Shown piece after piece: positions 12,662 through 24,000 of a DNA stretch of 57,236 bases; within the stretch, counting starts at the first letter, position 1, and the number at the start of each line of letters is the position of its first letter. The notes under the pieces were generated by a model. That model was not told where the DNA came from. It saw only the letters and a program-made list of their open reading frames with translations, and searched no databases. Origin of the DNA: Octopus bimaculoides (lineage: Eukaryota); assembly GCF_001194135.2 (NCBI RefSeq), contig NC_068981.1:79653856-79711091 (forward strand). Reading direction: 5' to 3'. The position numbers and the translations under genes were made by a program.

Positions 12662-13234
12662 ATGGGTAATACTGACGTCACTACCAGCCAAACAAAAGAT
12701 GGCGAAGAAAGTGTGCGAATGAATTGCTATGCTGCCAATACCCGTTCTTCCTCGACTTCGTCTCAATGCCGCTCAGTTCGTCCGAAACAAGACGACGACA
12801 ACGACGACGACAAAACGACGAAGTACTGTCATTACAATCGCTGTTGTTTGCTCAGCTCCGGCGGCCAAGTTGTTATTACACCGACCAGTAACAACAGTCC
12901 CAGAGCCGTCCCTACTACTATTACTACTACTGCTACAACAACAACAACAATATCAACACCATCCACACCAGCATTCGGGGTCCCTTCTTCACCACCTTCA
13001 ACTCGTCGTCGTCGGAGACGGCTTTGCCTTGGTCGTGGCGGTTCTGACCCTTCTCTTGGCTGTCATTCTGGAGAAAGTAAAAAGGAACAGCAGATCCGTA
13101 CGTCTGCGAATCAATGTTATCAAAAGAAGCGTTCTGCCATGGTGAGAAGCCGGTCCTGTTGTTGTTGTCAATGTGACATCGTCGGCTTCGCCATACAATG
13201 CGATCAGTGTATCGAGATAGATCTTTGTTTACAG
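12662..13234 (+). CDS. TADA2B: TADA2B exon 1 (in-frame ATGs at 12566, 12662, 12719, 13139; ZZ finger N-half; GC donor)
   Basis: ORF ends [32 protein letters not shown] at CAG|GCAAGT, phase 0. gccATGG at 13139 gives a canonical-length start. Confidence 0.85.
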
Positions 13235-14963
13235 GCAAGTACTTACACTTCCACCATTGATTCCGACAACCCGATCCATTCGGTTTTGCCTTTTATCATT
13301 GCATTTCATGTTTACATCTTGCTGCTTTATTCTGTATATGCATGCTCGATTATATACGTACATGTATACACAACTACATACTTACATTATATATATGCAT
13401 ATGCATATGCAACTGCACGATCTGCACACCATGCAATTAACACTTATGTAGTTATATATATATATAGCACAGCTCACACTTGTATGGTGCTATGAAACTG
13501 CTTTCAAACCTCCATTGAATATGAATATTATTTGCATTGGTTCGTCGGGTGGCTAGCTTTTATTATTCAGTATAATGTGAAATCGACATCATTCCCCAAT
13601 TATCTCTTGCAAGTTACTCATTCACTGTTTACATTATTATCAACCTGGACTTTCTATCTTAAAACTGCATGTCTTCCATTGTTTTATACTAAGCCAATAG
13701 AACTACTATATATAAGTATTGATGCGTCTGAAAAAAAATTGTATGCGATCTCCAAAATATATATTTGCAGGCTATTTTATTTCTGATCATTCTTATTTAT
13801 ATTCCTAATAGAAAGACTTGCTTCCCTTTCCTACTTCTCTCTTACCACCTCTCTCTGTTTACCTTCAATACTCTGCTACTCACTCTATCTATTCATTCCC
13901 TCTTCTATCCCCCGTCTCTCTCTCTCTCTCTCTCTCTCTCCTTCTCTCTCTCTCTTTCTCCTTCTCTCTCTCTTTCTCCTTCTGTTTATGTAGCTTCTAT
14001 AAGCGATGCAAACAAATGGCTTCTACATTCAGATTTCTCTTCCCTGCTGACGTTTCTGCTCCACTTCTGAGACCTCTTTTGATATGAAAATGGAGGCATA
14101 AGCTTTAATATTTTCCGATGGGAGGGAAACCTCCATATCCTTTCTGCAGCACGCCCATTCTTTTATGTCTCACTCTTTTTATCTCATTATAAAGTATAGG
14201 GTGGTCTGAGCAGTTGTGGTTATAATCTTGTCCATGGCCTTAGAGATTTGAAATATTTTTAAAATTAGTAATTATATCATGTTGATCTGGTATTTTTTTT
14301 TTAATTAAATTTATAAATGGTATAATCTATGGCTATTCACAAACACAACGACCCAGTCTTTCTTCCGCACACACACATTCACTCATACAAACTCACCTAT
14401 GTGTTATGAATTGTAAAAAACCTGTACGCTTTCATGTGCATATTTTATATATACACAGGCATTTTTATAACCGAATCCCACCCATATAATCAAGTGTGCT
14501 ATAAAAACTCCACTAGGTCTAGATAAAGTTGCTGTTTCAGTGTTAAGATATTTTTTCTCCAAAAGAGTTACCTCTTTGTAGATGCTTTTTTTTTATATGG
14601 CATGCTCATTATTATTTCCCCACATCCTTTTTATATTGTGTGTGTGTGTATATATGCTGTGTAAAATGCTAGGACTACTTTCACCTCCATTTCATTTAGT
14701 TTGAAGTATATTCTTGTTATATCTGTGATGGCTGCTGATTATCCTGTTCTATCTCTTGCTTGTAGCTAAATGTTTCGTTGGTAAGACATTAGTTACTGCT
14801 CTATTGCTTTTAGCTCGTTATTCATTTGGCTTTTTTTTTGTCGTTGAGTTTTTCTCTTCTTTCTATTCCGTCTATGATTCACTCAACACGTCTCAATTCT
14901 CTTCCGCCTCCGCCGTCCCTACCTTATGGAGTCAATGTTGAGAGGGGGGAATCCTTAATTTCA

Positions 14964-15053
<90 letters not shown>

Positions 15054-18000
15054 TATATATACGCACACATGCATACACATATACACACACTTTTGCTGTA
15101 TTTTGTTCCGTTTCATGCCAGTATGGTTTTATAAATATGGTTGTTTTTCTTCCTAATATTACATTACCAATATGGGGGTTGTATGAGTTCGTATAAAGGT
15201 TTTATAATTTTCTTTTGAACCTAAGATTTGAATGAAAGCTAACCTGATACTCTATTAGCTAGTAATATGAATAGGAAGCCTTCTTTCCAACCCCGCTCTA
15301 CACACTAACCTGAACTCAACCAACACTTAATGCTCAATGGTAATTACTAGGGAACAGTATAGTGTCAGATTCACTCTTTGTAATAGTTGAACTGAAGCGA
15401 TTGTTCTCTATGACTAGCGGAATAAACGTATACACAGTTGACTCATAGTTACATATCGTGTGAGAAAAAGAGTCTGGCGTCGAGTGTATTATTAATATAG
15501 AGCGTTTGAACTGCTGATCAGTTGCAGATAAAATATATAAAATGGGACATTTCGGTGTGCTGTAGGGAGAGAGGAAGTCTAATTATTTTAGGCATTTCTC
15601 TTTATCGGGGGAAAATTAAGCAGTGCTTGCAATGTTAAGTTTTCCTTCCCCAACTCCTGCCAATGTAGGCCACCGCTTGTCTTGTCGAATTTTAGTTATC
15701 CTGTACGGGATAAACTGGTTTGTAAACCTTAAGAGTAAAACTTGGAGTGTTCTGATCGCTTCTTTTATTTACTTTATCACTGGTTAGAGTGTAGGCGGGG
15801 CTATGTTGATAATTATCAGTCACGCAGCTAAAATTAGACATGTTTGCATTGTGTGAACTTGAACTCTATCACCTTTGTCTAACCCAAAAATGCATGCAAA
15901 TATAAGCTTTGCCAGTCCACAATAAGATCTGGAGTGTTTATTAGCAGTAATACTAAACTCCTTGAGTTTTCTTAAATGTGTTTCTTTGTTGTTTCCTTTT
16001 GTTCTCCAGTATAGGATTCACTGTAACAGCTGGAGCAACAGATAATAGCCAGGTTTCTTTTGCCGATACTGTGTTAACTTCCGGTTTAACCTCCTATTTT
16101 TAAACAGCGTATCTCAGATACAGAAAATTTATCTACTTGTTGAAGTGCTTTTGTTATGAAGCTTTTGCAACATGATCTTGTTTTGTATAATGTCACTAAT
16201 TAGTGATGGTTGTTAATACTTCCCGTCTAAAAGAAAGACGGATACAGTATGTAGCGTTAGTCCTGGATATACTATATCTAAAAATAAATACATGGCGGTC
16301 ACGGTTGGAGACCTTTGTATAGTTAACATTTGCTGTCTTAAAGAAAGAAGGATGCTATGAGGTGTAGTCCTGGATATACTGTATCTAAAATTATGTAGGA
16401 AGTGGTCATTGTTGGAATGACTTTAGTCAGAGGTTTGTTGTACCAGGTCTGAAACAACTGCAATTTTTACACGATTACGAATCAGAATTGCCTTCTTATT
16501 TTAGCATAGCCATGTCTTTAGTGTTAATTTATTTGCCAGGTTTTCTAATTTAAACTTCCAAATGCTAAACGCACACTGCGGTGTTTCTTGAAGTGGAGGA
16601 TTTAATAAAGTTGACTGTTGTATTATAATTGACATGCTTATCTTTTGTTTTCTTTTCTCTTTTACAATATGTTTCATTCATTGGAATCTTCTTGGATATC
16701 TCCGAAACAGTGTTTCTCCCTTGGTGCTGAAGTAGGTCCTCATCGCCGGGATCACAATTACCGAATATTGGTGAGTTATCTTCTCTTTATTTCTTCCTCT
16801 GTCCTTGTTAACGTCTGTGCTTCTCGTTTTTATTATTCATTGCACGAAACTGCTCTACAAATTGGGAACTTGTTATTCACTTAAAAGATTGCGTTGAAAC
16901 GCAAAGGAAATTAATATCCCAACATATGCAGTTCTCATTTATACTAAACCGTACAGAAGTAATTGGTTTTCATTACTAATATCATTCCTGAGCTAAAAGA
17001 TGAACTCTTGATTGAAATTTAGCTAAGAACATTTAATGGCATGTTAGAAATGGTCATAACTGGGATTTTTTTTCTTCTTATTCTGTTCCAAACTCGGTCT
17101 ATGCTGCTATAGAATTTTCGGTGTTGCCTCTGCGATTTGATGCTGTATTACTTCTTTAATCCATTGCCAATATACACCCATTAAACCAGCAGACAGATTG
17201 AGATAGCTTTCCCCTCTGACTATTGATTGCTTTCTGTTATAGATTGTTTGTGAGGTTATATATGAATGCACGGTGATATTGTCGAAGTCAACTAACTACC
17301 TTGACGTTTCCGCCATTAGCATAATTTTAACTGATCTGTGTGGTGCTGTCAAGAATCTAGATTTATTCTCTGATGATTCTCCGTTAGTCACTCACGCACT
17401 ACCACCACCATCAGGCTGTAGCATTAGTCAGCTCATAAACATCCAGTTCCTACCTGCACTAGCTGCGTACTCATGCATTTACACAAACACACGCATACAG
17501 AACGAATTATGAACACGTTCGTACGCAAAACTCTATGAAGCGTAGTCTCATAATTCGACGGCTTTCTTTTTGCTACCGTTAGCTTCTCTCTTTCCACCAT
17601 ATCTGCGTTGTTACTACTCGTGGCCAACTTCTCTGCTATATCTGTTCACCCCCTCCACTTTAACCTCGCCTCTTTTTGCTTATTTATGTCTACACCCGAT
17701 TAGCGCAAGTATACCCAGTACTCCGCTCTTTTTACTTTCTCTCTCTCATGCATTTATGTATTTTATCCCAGCTTTATTTCCTTTGTACTAATTTTACCTC
17801 CTTCCCACATCCTCTTCCCAGCCTGTCTTATTTCTATTGTTTACAAGAAGCAATTCGTTTTTCAGCGGGCTGCGTATCTCTTTTGAACAATTTTATAAAA
17901 TATTTTCAACTCAGCTCTCCTCTCTCTCTCTCTCTCCCTTCTTGCGTGCGTGTGTGTGTGTGCAATCTCCGCGCTGTTCTAGAGCTCACATCATTATCAT

Positions 18001-21000
18001 GGTTTTGTCTAAATCTGTATTTCAAAAGTAAAATGTACTCGAGTATGAAACAAAACGTTTCCGTTATATGATATACTGTTATTATTGCCGCTCTTCACTC
18101 TACTACGCCTACTCCTCTTTCTTCCCACTTCCCCTCTCTCTCTCTTTCTCTCACTATTGCTTTTACTCTAATGCAGCTTTCTCTCTGCTCCCATTTACTC
18201 CCTCTTACTGGTGGCTTGTACCGTTCTTTCTGTCTCCCGCCTTACGTTTACCTTCAATTCTATTTTCAAATTATTTGTATGCGTGTGGTATATATATACA
18301 TGTATATATATATAAAATATATATATACCATGAACTCATCGCTTGTTGAGAGCTATATATAACGTGCGCATGTATGTGTGTATAGATTTTCAGCGAGCGT
18401 TGTATGTGTACACCAAATGGTGAACTGCGACATTGTTCCAATTTGAATATGATTTTTCTGTGGACGTTATATTATGTCTGCTTATGCTGCTTTCTGCCGT
18501 TATCGTATTTATAGCCTTGCACGTGAGCGCACGCGGCATTATTGCTCTTTGCAAAAATTCAATACTGTAAACGGAGCTTTTATGCACCTAAGCTAATCAA
18601 TATCAACCACACAGCCTTTTCGTCGCATATATGTTGGAAACGCAATTATAGATAATGCATATTTTGTATACATTCCAATGAAGATGAGTTGGCGACACTC
18701 GCCCTTTGGATCAAACGCAGGATTTTTCTCCTCTCCTCCCCTCTTTCTCTTTCTTAGTTATAATCTGAATACTGTTTCTTTCCAACCATTAGTGATCACT
18801 CTACCTCTTAGATTGTGGAAGTCTATCTTAAGAGAATGGTAATTCAAATAATTGATAGGTTTGGTTAAATGCAGAGTAGGGAATCGAGTAGACAAGGAAA
18901 CCATTCATAGCTTGCTTGTTCTTTTTCACTTTTCCGTTGTTATTCGTTTTAAACCACTGAAGAATATAACTGTTTCAAATGATTATATTGAAGTCATGGA
19001 ATTACTTGTATCCTGATACATAATCGTATTCTCTTCCTTTATACATAAGTAGGCACTTGACCTCACTGGGATTATGTGACAGTATGCGTGATTTTGATTG
19101 TATTAGTGACTTCTGATATGGTTTACAACTAGGAATCAAAACCTAGCTGTTGTAGACTCGCTTCTCCAAAAGCTTACGTTTGATTTCATGAAATTAACAT
19201 TAAGTTAGGCCTCTGTCTCTCTAGTTTGAATCTGTTTTGTTTCAAAGAAATACTATTCAGTTCTTTCAAAAAAAATCTGATTACAGTAAGAATAAGCGAT
19301 TTTTATTATGCGTGATAAATTAGATTTAGTCAGTTCATTACCACCACTTACATTAAACCATTATCGGTATCTAATTAAAAATATATATGCCTCAATATAC
19401 TCTCTTCTTTTTATCAAGCATGGAAAAGTAAATATTAAAACGATGATATAATAGTGTCAAGAAACTGGTTTACACTAAATCAGTTTCCTATTGTTATGAT
19501 TGAACAAACACTGTGCTCATCCCGTTTTTTGTTTAAAGTATAGTGTTGTCTATGCTGGACTATGCAAGTATCCTGCTTGATTTAAAACGATTGAGGTATG
19601 GTTTGGGAAGAATTTGGCTGCTATTTTAAGTATGCTTCCAGTTGTGTATTATATTTTAAGTATGCTTCCAGTTGTGTATTATATTTAATGTTAAGGAATC
19701 AGTATATTTTGCCAGTAAATACACGCTTAGGTAAATGTTGTACTTCTTTAAAATATTTTTAGTCAAAAGAAATGTGTGCACGAAACCGGCTTAGGTCTTC
19801 ATACAGTGTCAACTTTCTCACAGTATCACTGCTTCTCAACCCCATAGAAATGCTGTTCCGCTACTGCAGTAGAATTATTTCTTACCATCAAAGCCACTTT
19901 TCATATAATAAGACTTTAAAATGTAAACAAAATAATAGGGAACCTCTAACAATCAAATTTCCTTTGAATTCATACCTTGCTGCCTTCAAAAGGACTCATT
20001 AGATAGGGCAGTATCAATACAAAATGACTGGATGGTCGACAACTACAATACCATTATTTCTTTCTCACTACACCCACATCCACACAACCACTCTTTCCTC
20101 TCTATTTCAAAAATATATTGTGTGTATCCTCAATGATTAGGTAGGGCAACAGCAAGAAATTTGGCAACTGTCAACATATTTAAATGCAGTATTTGTATAC
20201 CTAGTGTATATTAACAAGTCTACAGATTACACACTGCCATCTTCAAAAAAAATAATGATGATGTTATATTGTTAGTCTACAATCCACACTACCATCTTCA
20301 AAAAAAGATACATTGCTCATAGCTGGTTTGCCTTTCCCCACACATCTACTCAATATACCTTTTATTTTTGCGCACCTGTTATACTATTTGTTATATGGAC
20401 TGTTGGATTTGTGTTCGCCTGAAGTCCTGTGTCAATGTGGTTCGTCTGAGTTCATTGTTTCATTGTTGTTGTCTTGTGTAACTGTCGTAGTAAAATGTCA
20501 TTAATAGATATGGCGGACATGACTTTTGTTTATTAACACAACGAACATTGGATCCGACTGATAGTGGAATGGGCCGTCGTGGATGCAGATAACACACCTG
20601 TTTTTTGTATTAAAATTCCCGCCCTAATACAATAAGAGAAAGAGAGAGAGAGAGACGCGCTGTTGTCAGCAGAACCCAGAGAATATAATTTGAACAGCAA
20701 CAGCAGCAGCAACAACAACAACAATGAACTCTGACGAACCACATTGACACTGGACTTCAGACGAACACAAATTCAACAGTCCATATAACACTATTTCTCA
20801 TAAAGAATCAATGTGTATCTCTACTAGCCTTGAGAGTGTCATTTTTTAATAACAAATGACTCTTGTAAAATAAAATTGAGAGTATTGTCTGTATAGAGGA
20901 GGAGAGAAGTATTTATGTTTTTGTTACTATGCATCTTTTGCTTTTGATAATTCATATTTTTAAATTGGTTGTCACTAAGAAAGTTATTCTGTTGTAAAAA

Positions 21001-24000
21001 GTAAAGAGAATATCCATCCTACCAAGGACTGCATTGAACAAAAACTGCTAAAGTCATTGATGGAGAGATTTGCTAAAAACATTCATCGATTGTAATTAAA
21101 ACTGAAATTTGGCCAGTTAACAATTAATAAACTGAATGGAACTGTTGAAGTAATGGAGTAGTTATAATAGAGTAATATAAAATTTTGTTTCCCCTCTTCA
21201 GAATTGTTGGATATTATGAGAAAAAAGAAATCTTGGTGAATGTATAATTTAGCTGAAAGTTTGAATTCAAAGACGTTTTTAAAAAACAAAATTACTTTTT
21301 TTAGGAGCAATTGTTTATATAACTAGATGTCTTTTATCACTTGTCTGTCTGCTGTAAAGGAGAGGAAACTGCTTTTTGCTAGGACGAGCAGAGCTATGCC
21401 TTGCTTAATAGCACTAAATAGAATTTAAACATCTGGTCGAAAATGTTATCAGTGTTAATCAGTGATAAAAACAAAAAGTTTTCTTCTTTTGCAGAGTGAT
21501 ATGATTGGGCCTTTCAACATCCAAAAGCCATGGACTTTAGTTGAAGAAACTATGTTGCTGGATGCTGTGGAACAATATGGATTTGGTAATTGGTGAGTGA
21601 CAATTTCTATTTCTTATATCTAATTCTGAATCCTAGGATGATATTCCCTAAACCAATGGTTTCCAGGATTATTCATACCATCCCTCACTGTGAAAATGAT
21701 AATAATTATGGAGTGGTAAGCAATACATTGATTTTAAATTTAATTACAGCCACTGCCTTTATTGCATAAGGGTATAAAAGTTAGGGGATGTAAGTATCCA
21801 AGTGGATCTATACTGCCTCCCTTTTGATAGAGAGGTTAAGGACTGTGAAGAATGAAATGAGTAATACATGGATTTTAAATTCAATTACAACCACTACCTG
21901 TATTTCATAAAGGTATCGAAGTAGGAAATCATAGTAAACATCCAAATGTTATGGGCATTCAGAATTAAGAAATACTACCCTGATTATATAAGGAAGTTTC
22001 ATCTAGACTTCCAATAGAACATTGATTGAATAATGATTAAAACTAGTTGATCTGGTTCAAGAAAAAAATCTAAATGCATCAATAATAACAAGCACCAGTA
22101 GAACTTTAGCATAAGGTTGTGCAAGTATTGAAACTATGAGTAATGAAGAAGTACTGAATTTTATGATTGTGGAATAATATATATATTTTCCTTTCTGTTA
22201 TTGCAGGCATGATGTTGCTAACCATGTTGAAACTAGGAATGCCTCAGGTAAGCAGATTATTTCATTTAAACTTTCAATTCATATGTATTTCTTTGATCTG
22301 CATGTTATAAATGGTTAAAGTTACTTTTAAGTAGACTCTAGGCAGCTGTGCTTAAGTCATATTTTAGCTATGTCTCCTCAAACTTATGACAGTTACCCAC
22401 GAGTTTTAACATTTATAGTGTTCTGCAGTAGATGAAAGAGAGAAAGCCGGCACTATAGTACTGTGAAGATAGTAATAATGAACAATACTTTTGAATCTCA
22501 TTGTGAATGAGTCAATGTCACAGAATAACAACTGCTTTCTTTAATTTTGGAATTTATCAGTAACATATCTCCAAGATTAACTGAATGTGTATGCCCATAG
22601 AACAAAGAAAAAGAATGATTTATTTGTGATGTGCTCTCGTCTTGTTTTTGCAGTATATTGTACAATTTGTCAATATATGGTTATTTATTGCACAAAATGT
22701 CTCTCAGGGCATATTGTAACAGGTTTACTGTTTTGTAAGTGTGTGACTGATATTTTTAAAAAGCAGTTTACAGAAATCTATGAAAATAATATTATTTCCT
22801 AAGAGTTTATGCTTGGAACTGCAACAGTTTATTTTATTTATTAAAATATTAAGAGATACCTTTGCTCTAGGTAAGATGCTACTCCATTTATAATATATGA
22901 ATAATCCCAGGGCTACCAACTTACAAACCATTTTTCAATAGATCCATGCTCCTGCTTCCTAGTACACTATGCTGTCTTGGGATCTTGTTTACAGCAAGAT
23001 GGACAAAGGGATAGCACAGGTAATAAATATGACCCTTCAGCTGGTAACTCAACATCTTAACAAAGTAATGACTTGCATTAAGGAGGAAGAGAGGCAAAAA
23101 AGTTAAAATATTAAACTAGAAAGTTGTCTAGATAGAATTTTAAAATATCAAATCATGTATTTTTTTCTGATTTCTTTATCATGAAGCAAATAGTTTATGT
23201 ATTGTAGAGCATGATACTGGCACATGGTTTTCTTTTAGTCTCTAGACAATAACATGGCTCACTTCATCTCATTTCTTTCATTTTTTTATTACACCTGATT
23301 TGTACAGTGAAATTAATTAGGAAAATATTTTATTACCTTAATATTTTTAATATCAAAATTATGAGCACAAAGCTCCTTTTTTTTGTATGTGTGTGTTAGG
23401 AAATGAACTTGTATATTGAAATTGACTCCAGAATATTACTAGTGTTGTTTATTTTTATTAATTCCATTGACATCGTAGTACACCAAAACGTAAGACATCA
23501 AACTAAACCTTTTACAAAAGGCTAGATCATCTTTACCAATTTAGTTCTATTCCATTACCTTAGTTTTATTTTGATATTAACATAGAATATTGGTGAAATT
23601 TTCTGAGTGCTGTGTTAAGTAAGTTAAAACCTATCAAGTTTTAGAAGATAACCATATTGATGTTGTATGTATCATTAGCCATATCTTTCCATTTGTTGAT
23701 TCCTTGTTTTTAGTTTTTTTTCCTCTTATACTAATACACTTAATTCTTCTATTGTTATTAAACATGTTACTAAATCTTAAATCTCTGAATACAACATATT
23801 TAAATCACTTCATTACTTCCAATCTGTTATAGAAGTTAATAGTTTGTATTAGCTTGTAATGTTTTACAGTTCATATATATTTTCAGTAATCTATATATAT
23901 ATATATATATTTTTTATTTAATTATTTTCAGAGTGTCAAGAACATTATGCTTCATTTTATCTATTTGGTAGCATTGGGAAAGGTAATTTTGAGTAAATAA

